Positions 40,458-49,350 of a DNA stretch of 64,000 nt are shown here, piece after piece. Positions within the stretch are counted from its first letter, which is position 1; each line of letters starts with the position of its first letter. This stretch comes from Anaerolineae bacterium (GTDB lineage: Bacteria > Chloroflexota > Anaerolineae > Anaerolineales > UBA4823): the NCBI GenBank assembly GCA_003327455.1, contig QOQU01000008.1, positions 68,661 through 132,660 on the forward strand, given 5' to 3'. The notes beneath the pieces are model-generated. The model was not told the origin of the DNA, did no database searches, and worked only from the letters and a program-made list of their open reading frames with translations. A program made the translations under genes and the position numbers.

Positions 40458-41239
40458 GAGGAATTTGCTCCACAAACGATCACTTCAATATCCAATTTCT
40501 TCAATCGAGCCAGCCACTCCGGCGTAATCCCTTCATCTGTAATTAAAGTGTGAATTACACTCAAGGGTGCAATTGCCGTAAAGGCAATCCGCCCAAATTT
40601 ACTGGCATCTGCCACCAGAATCACGCGTTTGGCATTCTTGATCATGACCTGCTTAACTAAGGTGTCTTCCAGGTTGTACTCGGTCAAACCAGCCTCCAAA
40701 TCCACGCCGGCGGCACCCAGAAAGAGTTTATCTACATAAAAATCACGCAAAGCACGTTCAGCAAGATGTCCAACCATCGAGAGCTCCATCGGTCGGACAA
40801 TCCCGCCGGTGAGAATCAAGCGGATGTTCGGGTTTTCAGCTAAGAGACTGGCAATTTGTAAGCACGGGGTGATAACCGTTAGATTTTGTTTATCGACTAA
40901 CTGACGGGCGATCTCCAGGGTGGTTGTTCCCACATCCAGGATAATACTATCTCCATTTTCGATTAAGGAAACGGCAGCTTTGGCAATTTGCTGTTTGGCA
41001 GGCAGATTTTCGACCGCGCGCGTCACAAAGGGGGGTTCGTAGCTCCGTCCGCGATCCAGGACTGCCCCGCCATGCACCCGGCGCAACAACCCTTTGCGCT
41101 CCAGGGCATCGAGGTCACGGCGGATGGTCATTTCAGAGACCTGAAAGCGGTCAACCAGTTCGTTCACCGTGATTGAACCGCGCTGTTCGAGGGTCTCTAA
41201 AATAATCTGGTGCCGTTCTTCCGAAAGATAACCGCTCAT
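40454..41239 (-). CDS. DeoR-family transcriptional regulator
   Basis: 261 aa with an N-terminal HTH (VNELVDRFQVSEMTIRRDLDALE) and a DeoR C-terminal sensor domain. Confidence 0.92.
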   Translation of the reverse strand: MSGYLSEERHQIILETLEQRGSITVNELVDRFQVSEMTIRRDLDALERKGLLRRVHGGAVLDRGRSYEPPFVTRAVENLPAKQQIAKAAVSLIENGDSIILDVGTTTLEIARQLVDKQNLTVITPCLQIASLLAENPNIRLILTGGIVRPMELSMVGHLAERALRDFYVDKLFLGAAGVDLEAGLTEYNLEDTLVKQVMIKNAKRVILVADASKFGRIAFTAIAPLSVIHTLITDEGITPEWLARLKKLDIEVIVCGANSS

Positions 41240-41349
41240 GCTCTTGTTATAATATGTTTGGAATTGTTTATATATTATAATAATCTTGTTTGATTGTCAA
41301 GTTAATACCGCTAAATATTGCTCATAACATGCCATTTTATGTTTGCTTA

Positions 41350-41378
41350 TTGACAATTTAACATATATTCTATACAAT
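41350..41378 (+). promoter_or_regulatory. Candidate sigma-70-type promoter for the BtpA/SgcQ gene
   Basis: TTGACA (41350-41355), a 17-nt spacer, then TACAAT (41373-41378), in an AT-rich divergent region. Confidence 0.4.
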
Positions 41379-41433
41379 ACAATCACATATTAACATTATC
41401 TCATCTTTGTTGTTACAGAGGAGGATTTACCTC

Positions 41434-42243
41434 ATGTCCTGGCTTGAAGACCTGTTTGGCACCCCCAAACCGATTATTGCCATGTGTCATTTGATTGCCC
41501 TACCCGGTGATCCAGCTTATGATCCCCAAAAGGGGATGGATTTCGTGGTAGAACGCGCTGCCGCCGACCTGCGGGCATTGCAACAGGGCGGCGTTGATGC
41601 GGTGATGTTCTCCAATGAAGCCAGCATCCCCTACCTCACCCAAACTGAACGCATTACCGCTGTCGCCATGGCGCGTATCATCGGTGAATTAAAAAGCCAG
41701 ATTCGCGTCCCCTTCGGTGTCAATGTACTCTGGGACGCCGAAGCCTCGGTTGATCTGGCGGTTGCAACTGGCGCAAAATTTATTCGCGAGATCTTCAGCG
41801 GAGTCTATGGTTCGGATTTTGGACTGTGGAATACCAACGCTGGCGCAACGGTGCGACACCTGCACCGCCTGGGTGGAAAGGACATCAAGCTCCTCTTTAA
41901 CATCGTCCCTGAAGCAGCTGCCTATCTCGGCAACCGCGATATCGCCGATATCGCCCGTTCGACAGTCTTCAACTGTCAGCCAGACGCCCTGCTCGTCTCT
42001 GGACTGACCGCCGGGCAGGAGACCTCAACGGCTGTCCTGCAGCGGGTCAAAGAAGCAGTCGGGAAGACGCCCGTCTTTGCCAATACCGGCGTCCGTTTAG
42101 AAAATATCGAAGCCCAACTTCACATCGCTGATGGGGCGATCGTCGGGACAACCTTCAAACGGGATGGCTATATCTGGAACGAAGTAGATGGCGAACGTGT
42201 GCGGGTGTTTATGGAGAAAGTACGCCAGATTCGCGGCCAATAA
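41434..42243 (+). CDS. BtpA/SgcQ-family predicted TIM-barrel protein
   Basis: Start at ATG 41434 behind GAGGAGGA. The N-terminus KPIIAMCHLIALPGDPAY...GGVDAVMFSNE is the BtpA family signature. Confidence 0.8.
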   Translation: MSWLEDLFGTPKPIIAMCHLIALPGDPAYDPQKGMDFVVERAAADLRALQQGGVDAVMFSNEASIPYLTQTERITAVAMARIIGELKSQIRVPFGVNVLWDAEASVDLAVATGAKFIREIFSGVYGSDFGLWNTNAGATVRHLHRLGGKDIKLLFNIVPEAAAYLGNRDIADIARSTVFNCQPDALLVSGLTAGQETSTAVLQRVKEAVGKTPVFANTGVRLENIEAQLHIADGAIVGTTFKRDGYIWNEVDGERVRVFMEKVRQIRGQ

Positions 42244-42436
42244 TCACCTCCAGCGCGTTCGATAAGCCTGCCAGAATTGCAAATCACCCGCCACCAAGAC
42301 GGAGGGCTCACAACTTTGTGTAAACCTGCGGGTGCGCTTTTGTGTCTCTGCTCCTGAGAACGCTGGCGACAGATTTCTCGCCCGGCAGTCAACCCACTCC
42401 CTTGCAACGAGCCAATCATCCGAACAGGGCCGAGGT

Positions 42437-44977
42437 CTAACTTTGCCCTTGACCGATCTCAGCCAAAAAATTGCGCGCCAGTTGACGCACCTGTGCGGCA
42501 TTGCTGCATCTGAGTGCCTTTTGCGCCAAAAAACAAGCGGCATTCCGATCAATCTTTCGTAAAATCGCTTTCTGCTGCGGGATACTATTGGGATTCATAC
42601 TCAACTCATCCGTCTCTAAACCCACCAGCAGCGGCAACGCTTCGGGTTCACCCGCTACCTCTCCGCACACAGTTACCCGTTTTCCGCGTTTATGAGCCGC
42701 CTCGACAACCTGTTGGATCTGGCATAAGATCGCCGGATGTAAGGCATCGTGATAGGCTTCCAAAGCAACATTGCCGCGCTCTGCCGCAAGGGTATATTGG
42801 GTGAGATCATTCGTACCCACGCTGAAAAAATCCACTTGCGTGGCAAACTGAGGCGCCAGGATCACTGCTGCGGGCGTTTCAACCATGATACCAATGGAGA
42901 TGGGGTAGCGATGAGGCACACCTGCCTGGGATAGTTCTTCATGCGCCTGAAGCAGGAGTTGCTGAACCTGCTCGAACTCCTCCAGGGTGGCAATCATGGG
43001 GAGTAAAAGGCTGATCGGATACGGGTCGGCAGCGCGCAAAATTGCTCGGATTTGGGTTAAGAACAACTCCGGGTAGCGCAGGCTTACCCGGATGCCGCGC
43101 AAACCCAGGTAAGGGTTGGCTTCAGCAGGTAGAGAGAGGTAGGCTGGCAATTTATCCCCCCCGACATCCAAGGTGCGGACAACCACCGTATAGGGTTTCA
43201 GGATTTCAGCAAGTTGACAATAGACCTGAAGCTGTTCCGACTCCGCCGGTGGAGTAGAGCGATTTTGGTATAAAAATTCGGTGCGCAAAACACCAATCCC
43301 CTCTGCCCCGCTCTGTGCAGCCAGGCGACCTTCGACCAGACTGCCAACATTTGCCAGCATCTCAAGACGAAAACCATCCTTCGTTTGGGCAGGGATTTGG
43401 GCAGTTTGCAAGAGGTGGTGGCGAGCGCTTTTCCACTTCTGAGCCTTCTCTTCAAGATCGGCTCTCACTTGCGGAGTTGGTTTCAGCCAGAGCAATCCGC
43501 AGGTGGCATCCATCCCGACCCAATCGCCATCGCTCAAACCCAGAGCAAAGATATCCACTCCCCCAACAGCAGGTATCCCTAAGCCTCGTAACAAAATTGC
43601 GCTGTGAGAGGTCGCGCCGCCTCCCATCAGGATCACGCCACGCACCGTTTGGGGATCAAGCTCGGCAACCTGATTCGGGGTCAATTCCTCAGCAGCCAGG
43701 ATAGCCGCCTCGGTCAAATGAATTTTTTCTGCTTCATTCCCGCTTAGATGCGTTAAGACCAGCCTGGAGACATCGAAAATATCCAAAGCGCGCTGGCGCA
43801 AATAGGGGTCATCGGCCTCCTGGAGAGACGTTGCGATTTGCTCACAGGCCTGTTTCCAGGCCTGAAAGGCACTCACATTACCCTCAAAAACAAGCTGGCG
43901 GACGCGGTCTATCAGGGTGGGATCGCGTAAGAAGAGTTTTTGAGCCTGGAAGATTGCAGCTTTGTCATCCCCCAGCTGATTTTTGAGACGCTCATAGCGC
44001 ACTTGCAGATCGCCTTCCACCTTTTGAAGCGCAATCTGCAGGCGTTGCCATTCCTCAGTAGGAGAAACGACCGAAGAAGGGCGGGTTTCAACCAGTGAAG
44101 GGCGCCAAAACACCAGTGGAGCAACGGCAATGCCCTCCACAATCGGAATGGCGGTAATGGTGTTCAGTTCGTGTTCTATTGGTTGGGAGACTTCGCTCCT
44201 TCCTACCGCTTGGGATAACAAAGGTGTTTCTTCAGCGGCGGCTGCTCTGCCCCAGCCAGCGATCAAAACTTGAAGAGCAGCCAGTACATCACCAGCCTGC
44301 CGTCCGCAAGCTGTGATTTGTAAACGATGCCCTTGAGTTGCACCGAGAGTCAGCAAGGCATTTAAGCTCACCGCTTCTACGTTCGCTGTGTGACGGTCCA
44401 GGTTGGCTATCCAAACCCGGGCGTCATACTGCGAAACCGTCTGGATCAATTGGGTCGCCGGGCGGGCATGCAGGCCATGGGGGTTGTTCAAACGCACAAT
44501 GATCGAATGTTGCTCTCCCCCCGATGGTTCGGCAACCGAAGTTTGAGATGGGAAGGGCGTTTCAGTTAAAAATCCGAGGTGGGACTGCTTGGAAGTCAAG
44601 GCATATTGGGCTTCTTCGCAGAGCCGATTCAAATCATCGGTCAGGCTCAATTGAGCTGCTACGGCAAGCGCCCCTTCGACCAGCGCAGCCGGGCAAAGGC
44701 GCACCTTTTGACGTTCTTCTTCGGTCATGAAATCCAGGGCAAGTTCAGCGCTTAAAACAGCGCTACCCAGGTCCATGAGCACCAGCACCCCAGAATCGGA
44801 GAATACAGAGCGAATTGCCTGCACAATCTCGAGGGCATCCGTGCCGATCTCCTGATGCGCCTCTCCAACCCCCGCCGCAAAGGCAATCTGCGCCTGGGAC
44901 GGCGCAACCTGACGAATCATTTGCGCCAATCCTTCAGCGATCTTTCGGCTATGCGAAACTATCACCAGGCCAATCAA
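42437..44977 (-). CDS. dhaM: PEP-dependent dihydroxyacetone kinase phosphotransferase subunit DhaM fused to HPr and a full-length Enzyme I
   Basis: 846 aa. It has an N-terminal EIIA(Man)-like domain (MIGLVIVSHSRKIAEG), an HPr-like domain (NPHGLHARPA), an EI N-domain and a PEP-utilizing TIM barrel (SVGTNDLTQYTLAAERGN). Confidence 0.85.
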   Translation of the reverse strand: MIGLVIVSHSRKIAEGLAQMIRQVAPSQAQIAFAAGVGEAHQEIGTDALEIVQAIRSVFSDSGVLVLMDLGSAVLSAELALDFMTEEERQKVRLCPAALVEGALAVAAQLSLTDDLNRLCEEAQYALTSKQSHLGFLTETPFPSQTSVAEPSGGEQHSIIVRLNNPHGLHARPATQLIQTVSQYDARVWIANLDRHTANVEAVSLNALLTLGATQGHRLQITACGRQAGDVLAALQVLIAGWGRAAAAEETPLLSQAVGRSEVSQPIEHELNTITAIPIVEGIAVAPLVFWRPSLVETRPSSVVSPTEEWQRLQIALQKVEGDLQVRYERLKNQLGDDKAAIFQAQKLFLRDPTLIDRVRQLVFEGNVSAFQAWKQACEQIATSLQEADDPYLRQRALDIFDVSRLVLTHLSGNEAEKIHLTEAAILAAEELTPNQVAELDPQTVRGVILMGGGATSHSAILLRGLGIPAVGGVDIFALGLSDGDWVGMDATCGLLWLKPTPQVRADLEEKAQKWKSARHHLLQTAQIPAQTKDGFRLEMLANVGSLVEGRLAAQSGAEGIGVLRTEFLYQNRSTPPAESEQLQVYCQLAEILKPYTVVVRTLDVGGDKLPAYLSLPAEANPYLGLRGIRVSLRYPELFLTQIRAILRAADPYPISLLLPMIATLEEFEQVQQLLLQAHEELSQAGVPHRYPISIGIMVETPAAVILAPQFATQVDFFSVGTNDLTQYTLAAERGNVALEAYHDALHPAILCQIQQVVEAAHKRGKRVTVCGEVAGEPEALPLLVGLETDELSMNPNSIPQQKAILRKIDRNAACFLAQKALRCSNAAQVRQLARNFLAEIGQGQS

Positions 44978-45004
44978 GCGCTTTTTCGCTCCGAAAACAT
45001 CCTT

Positions 45005-45640
45005 CTAGTCGATCCCCGACCAACTGTCCGCAGCCGCTTGAAGTAGATAGTAAGCGGATGTCGCGCCGGGGTCTTGATGACCGGCGCTGCGTTCACCCAA
45101 ATAGCTTGCCCGCCCCTTACGGGCGACGAGGGGAATCGTCTCTTTCATTCCCTGTTCAGCCGCCTGGGCGGCCGCCTGAAGCGCTTCCGCAAAGGGTTTG
45201 CCATTCACCAAAGAAGCGCGTAAAGCAACCACCGCCGGTGCAAGGGCATCCAGCATAGTCTTGTCACCGGGTTCTGCCTTGCCGCGTTGTTGTACTCCTT
45301 GCACCGCCGCCTCCAATGCAATTGCCCATTCCTCAGCCGAAACCTCTCCCTTGCCGGCCAATTTCGTCGCCATTTGGAGAAAAAATGTCCCATAGAGGGG
45401 ACCAGCGGCGCCTCCTACGGTTGAGATCAGCGTCATGGCAACCAGTTTGAGCAATGCCCCACAATCGCCGGGGGTCTCCTGGGCTAATTTTTGCAAAACG
45501 GCTTGAAAGCCACGATCCATATTGGCGCCGTGATCGGCATCCCCAATAGCAGCGTCCAACTCGACCAAATAATCCCGCTGTTCAGCAATCACGTGCGCAC
45601 AGCGTTCGATCCAGTGAAGGAAATCTGTTGTGGTCAACAT
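45005..45640 (-). CDS. dhaL: Dihydroxyacetone kinase subunit L (ADP-binding)
   Basis: 211 aa with LDAAIGDADHGANM and ASYLGERS motifs. Confidence 0.9.
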   Translation of the reverse strand: MLTTTDFLHWIERCAHVIAEQRDYLVELDAAIGDADHGANMDRGFQAVLQKLAQETPGDCGALLKLVAMTLISTVGGAAGPLYGTFFLQMATKLAGKGEVSAEEWAIALEAAVQGVQQRGKAEPGDKTMLDALAPAVVALRASLVNGKPFAEALQAAAQAAEQGMKETIPLVARKGRASYLGERSAGHQDPGATSAYYLLQAAADSWSGID

Positions 45641-45661
45641 TTTCGCCCTGCAAAGGTAAGG

Positions 45662-46660
45662 CTATCCCCAACGAAGCGCTGGAGTCCGCACGGGTGCATC
45701 CCAGAAGCGCCGCAATTCTTCGTCCATTTTCAGCAGGGTAATGGAACAGCCCGCCATCTCCAGACTGGTGATGTAGGGACCAATCAGGTTTCTCACCACT
45801 CTCAAGCCGTGTTGCTCGGCAATCCGATGGGCTTTGCGATAAGCGATATAGAGTTCAATCAGCGGTGTCCCGCCCATGCTATTCACAAAGAGCAAGACCT
45901 CATCACCAGCTTTAAATGGCAGGTCATTCAGGATGGGCTCCATTAACATTTCAACGATTTCATCAGCGCTCTTGAGCGGCAGCCGCGTCCGACCGGGTTC
46001 ACCATGGATGCCAATACCTATTTCCATTTGGTCTTCGGGCAGGTCAAACGTTGGTTTACCCACATGCGGAACCGTACAGGAAGTCAACGCCATTCCCATA
46101 CTGCGCCCCCAGCCATTCACTTTACGGCACAAATCGGCTAACTGGGCAAGGGAATAACCGGCTTCGGCAGCTCCGCCGCAAATTTTCTCGGCTAGCACGG
46201 TCGTCCCCACCCCTCGCCTTCCGGCGGTGTAGAGGCTGTTCTCGACCGCCACATCGTCATCAATAATGACACTTTGCACCTCAATCCCTTCTGCCATCGC
46301 CAGATCAGCCGCCATCTCAAAGTTCATCACATCGCCGGTGTAGTTCTTGACAATGAATAAAACCCCGCTTCCGCTATGGACAGCCCTGGCGGCTTCCAGC
46401 ATCTGGTCGGGAGTCGGAGAAGTAAAAACTGCACCAGGACAGGCAGCATCCAACATGCCATAGCCCACAAAACCGCCGTGCATTGGTTCATGTCCTGAAC
46501 CACCTCCTGAAACAATCGCCACTTTACCTGGGCGAGGGGAATCGGCGCGGTAGATAAAATGAGGGTCAAAATGCACCCTGACCAAATCCGCATGGGCTAA
46601 GGCTATCCCTTCCAGCTCCTCGCGCACCACATTCTCAGGATGGTTGATTAACTTTTTCAT
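45662..46660 (-). CDS. dhaK: Dihydroxyacetone kinase subunit K (substrate-binding)
   Basis: 332 aa with [17 protein letters not shown] and NYTGDVMNF motifs. Confidence 0.92.
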   Translation of the reverse strand: MKKLINHPENVVREELEGIALAHADLVRVHFDPHFIYRADSPRPGKVAIVSGGGSGHEPMHGGFVGYGMLDAACPGAVFTSPTPDQMLEAARAVHSGSGVLFIVKNYTGDVMNFEMAADLAMAEGIEVQSVIIDDDVAVENSLYTAGRRGVGTTVLAEKICGGAAEAGYSLAQLADLCRKVNGWGRSMGMALTSCTVPHVGKPTFDLPEDQMEIGIGIHGEPGRTRLPLKSADEIVEMLMEPILNDLPFKAGDEVLLFVNSMGGTPLIELYIAYRKAHRIAEQHGLRVVRNLIGPYITSLEMAGCSITLLKMDEELRRFWDAPVRTPALRWG

Positions 46661-46801
46661 CGCAAGCCTCCGGATAAAACCAAGGGTGATCTCTTGTATT
46701 ATAACGTGAGAGGGGATTTCCCAAGGAAAGGCTCGCCAGAGCGTTTAATTTGTTATAATCCGCATCGCCTTGAGATAAGGACATTTTGTGTCAGGAGTGA
46801 A

Positions 46802-47353
46802 ATGGTGTATCCAACCCCACCCGAAATTGAACGAATTCTTGTCACCCAGGAACAGATCGAACAACGGGTTGCTGAACTTGCCCGGCAAATCAACCAGGAT
46901 TATGCGTCCGTTGAACGACTGTATATTATCGGAATTCTGAAGGGTGCATTTATCTTTCTCGCAGACCTCACCCGCCATCTTACCATCCCCCATGCAGTAG
47001 ATTTTATGGCTCTTTCCAGCTACGGAAAAACGACCGTATCGGGGGCGGTGCGAATCCTGATGGATGTACGCGAGCCCCTCGAAGGGCAGCACGTGTTAAT
47101 TGTCGAAGACATCGTCGACTCTGGCCATACCCTGAACTATCTAACGCACCTTATCAACAACCGCAAACCGGCTTCTTTACGCACCTGTGTCCTGGTGCGC
47201 AAACAACGGAATGGCATTGATGTCACCGTAGACTATCTCGGTTTCACCATCCCCGATGTATGGGTGGTCGGTTACGGCCTGGACTACGCCGACCGGTTCC
47301 GCACCTTACCTTACGTGGCAGAGCTCAAGCGAGAAGTTTACAGTGCAAGATAG
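46802..47353 (+). CDS. hpt: Hypoxanthine phosphoribosyltransferase
   Basis: Start at ATG 46802 (AGGAGTG SD; TGTTATAAT extended -10 at about 46751-46759). PRPP motif VLIVEDIVDSGHTL. Confidence 0.9.
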   Translation: MVYPTPPEIERILVTQEQIEQRVAELARQINQDYASVERLYIIGILKGAFIFLADLTRHLTIPHAVDFMALSSYGKTTVSGAVRILMDVREPLEGQHVLIVEDIVDSGHTLNYLTHLINNRKPASLRTCVLVRKQRNGIDVTVDYLGFTIPDVWVVGYGLDYADRFRTLPYVAELKREVYSAR

Positions 47354-47361
47354 GTAATGGC

Positions 47362-47703
47362 ATGAGCAAATTAGAACACATTAACAGCGAGGCTTTTGAG
47401 AGCCAGGTTCTCAAAGCTTCTGCTTCTGTCCTGGTGGATTTTACAGCGGTTTGGTGTGGACCCTGTAAGATGTTAGAACCTGTCCTCGAAGACCTTGCCA
47501 ATCTATGGGCTGGTCAGGTGCGGATCTTCAAAGTGGATGTGGATCAAAACCCTGAACTTGCCATGCAATATAACGTGATGGGTGTTCCGACCTTGATGTT
47601 ATTTCAGGGGGGCAAAGTAGTAGAGCGTCTTAGTGGTTATCAAGCGAAAGATCGTTTGATTAAGGCGCTCCAGCCCCATCTAACTACCCCGACCAGTCGG
47701 TAG
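47362..47703 (+). CDS. trxA: Thioredoxin
   Basis: 113 aa with the WCGPC active site. Start at the internal ATG of track ORF 47260..47703. Confidence 0.92.
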   Translation: MSKLEHINSEAFESQVLKASASVLVDFTAVWCGPCKMLEPVLEDLANLWAGQVRIFKVDVDQNPELAMQYNVMGVPTLMLFQGGKVVERLSGYQAKDRLIKALQPHLTTPTSR

Positions 47704-47839
47704 CTGTCTGGCCGATTCTATGGATCGTTGTCCGAAAACAATCGAACAGACAAAGAATAACTTCAATACAATTCTTTGAAAAAATCCTCTGCAGGCCAAT
47801 CCAAAAAGCAGCATTTTGTGATAAAATCCTTATTGCAAA

Positions 47840-47851
47840 TAACTGCAGTTA
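47840..47851. promoter_or_regulatory. Perfect 12-bp palindrome TAACTGCAGTTA flanked by TTGCAAA / TTTGCAA, 13 nt upstream of the Fur-family gene
   Basis: Read directly. The position and symmetry fit an autoregulatory operator. Confidence 0.35.
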
Positions 47852-47863
47852 CAGAGTTTTGCA

Positions 47864-48292
47864 ATGACTCATTGTCACACGACGATCCATTCCCTGCGTC
47901 AATTGGGGTTTCGAATTACACCGCAACGCGAGATTATCATCGAAACCCTCGCCCACAGCGATACGCATCTATCTGCCGAAGAGCTCCACCAGCGCCTGAA
48001 ACCGCGCAGTAAAACCATCAATCTGGCCACCGTCTATCGCACGCTGGATTTACTGGTGGAGCAAGGCTATGCCACCCGCTTGCTAGACAGAGAGGGGAAA
48101 TTCCTCTATGCCACTCGTCAACAAAGCCGCCACCTGCACTTGATCTGTCGAAAATGTGGCCGCACCTACCCTGCCGAGTACGAAGGATTACAACCATTTC
48201 TGGAACAGATAAAGAAAACCTATGGCTTTCAGGTGGAGGTGGAACACCTCACCTTCAGTGGGCTCTGCTCCAATTGTTCTCAATCTACTTAG
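47864..48292 (+). CDS. Fur-family metal-responsive transcriptional repressor
   Basis: 142 aa with a winged-helix N-domain and CRKCG ... CSNC zinc motifs. It lies directly upstream of cbiMQO. Confidence 0.85.
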   Translation: MTHCHTTIHSLRQLGFRITPQREIIIETLAHSDTHLSAEELHQRLKPRSKTINLATVYRTLDLLVEQGYATRLLDREGKFLYATRQQSRHLHLICRKCGRTYPAEYEGLQPFLEQIKKTYGFQVEVEHLTFSGLCSNCSQST

Positions 48293-48311
48293 CTTAAGTT
48301 AGGAGGTCAAA

Positions 48312-49262
48312 ATGGTCTATTCACCAACCCCCATGCACATTCCCGATGGGTTCCTGTCCACAGGGGTTTCCGTGGTCATGTGGATCGTTAGCATTGCCGT
48401 TATCGCCTACTCCCTGAAACGAGTCGGGAACGAACTGGGTGAACGACAGGTGCCCTTCATGGGCGTCCTGGCTGCAGCAATCTTTGCCGGACAGATGTTG
48501 AACTTCACTGTCGTTGGAGGTACATCGGGCCACCTGCTTGGGGCTGCTCTGGCGACGATCCTGCTCGGCCCCTGGGCAGCAGTGATCGTCATGACCAGTG
48601 TAGTAGCCATTCAAGCCCTGATCTTTCAAGACGGCGGGCTGGTCGTTTTGGGAGCGAATTTGTTCAATATGGCGATTATTGGTGTTGCTGTAGCTTATAT
48701 GGTCTATCGAACCATCTACCGACTGAGCAACGGAAGACAGTGGGGCATTTTTGTCGGTGGTTTTATTGCCGCCTGGGCTTCTATTGAGCTGGCAGCCCTG
48801 GCTTGCGCGTTAGAACTGGCCGCTTCTGGCACATCTCCCGCCAATGTTGCTGTCCCAGCCATGGGCGGCATTCACGCCCTGATCGGAATTGGTGAAGGGC
48901 TAATTACGCTTGGCGCCCTGGCATTCCTTTACGCGACCCGTCGCGATCTACCCACGGCTGGCGAGAGTTCGGCTACGCAGGGCAAACTGGTGTGGGGGGT
49001 AGGATTAGCCATCGCTTTGCTCTTAGCCATCTTTTCGCCGCTTGCTTCCGCCTATCCCGATGGTCTGGAGTGGGTCGCCGAGGAACACGGCTTTATCGAG
49101 ACCGCCCAAGGGCCGCTTTACGAAATTATCCCTGACTACGTTTTCCCGGGCGTTTCCAATGAAGCTCTGGCAACCATTCTGGCTGGAATTGTCGGCACGT
49201 TAATTGTCTTTGGGGTGGCTTTGGCGATTGGTTACGCCCGCCGAAAGCGGCAAGCAGCCTGA
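48312..49262 (+). CDS. cbiM: ECF transporter substrate component CbiM/NikM fused to a C-terminal PDGLE domain
   Basis: The MHIPDGFLS motif begins at residue 8 of the ORF. The protein is polytopic and its C-terminal part has [15 protein letters not shown] (PDGLE). AGGAGG lies 5 nt upstream of 48312, and the alternative start 48333 gives the canonical MHIPDG N-terminus. Confidence 0.85.
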   Translation: MVYSPTPMHIPDGFLSTGVSVVMWIVSIAVIAYSLKRVGNELGERQVPFMGVLAAAIFAGQMLNFTVVGGTSGHLLGAALATILLGPWAAVIVMTSVVAIQALIFQDGGLVVLGANLFNMAIIGVAVAYMVYRTIYRLSNGRQWGIFVGGFIAAWASIELAALACALELAASGTSPANVAVPAMGGIHALIGIGEGLITLGALAFLYATRRDLPTAGESSATQGKLVWGVGLAIALLLAIFSPLASAYPDGLEWVAEEHGFIETAQGPLYEIIPDYVFPGVSNEALATILAGIVGTLIVFGVALAIGYARRKRQAA

Positions 49263-49283
49263 CCTTCGAGAATTTTGCAACCC

Positions 49284-49336
49284 AACTCAGGTTCTCTCAG
49301 CGTATAATTCTCTGAGAGAACCTGAGTTTCTTTTTT
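49284..49336 (+). terminator. Intrinsic-terminator-like hairpin inside the cbiM-cbiQ spacer
   Basis: Perfect 17-bp stem AACTCAGGTTCTCTCAG (49284-49300) / CTGAGAGAACCTGAGTT (49312-49328) with an 11-nt loop, followed by TTTCTTTTTT. Confidence 0.6.
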
Positions 49337-49350
49337 GGTTTGAATCGATT

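Noticed and set aside
42244-42436. Track ORFs 42168..42419(-), 42244..42552(-) and 42332..42562(+) in the btpA/dhaM convergent spacer
   Set aside because: They are short, Arg/Ser/Cys-rich and lack an SD. They overlap the 3' ends of well-supported genes. No hairpin or conserved motif is visible either. I left the spacer unannotated.
47704-47863. Cobalamin or NiCo riboswitch upstream of fur-cbiMQO
   Set aside because: I looked for a B12-box-like element (GCCACTG-type) and for czcD-motif features and saw neither. The 160-nt spacer is AT-rich with a palindromic operator-like site instead. A covariance-model scan would be needed to be certain.
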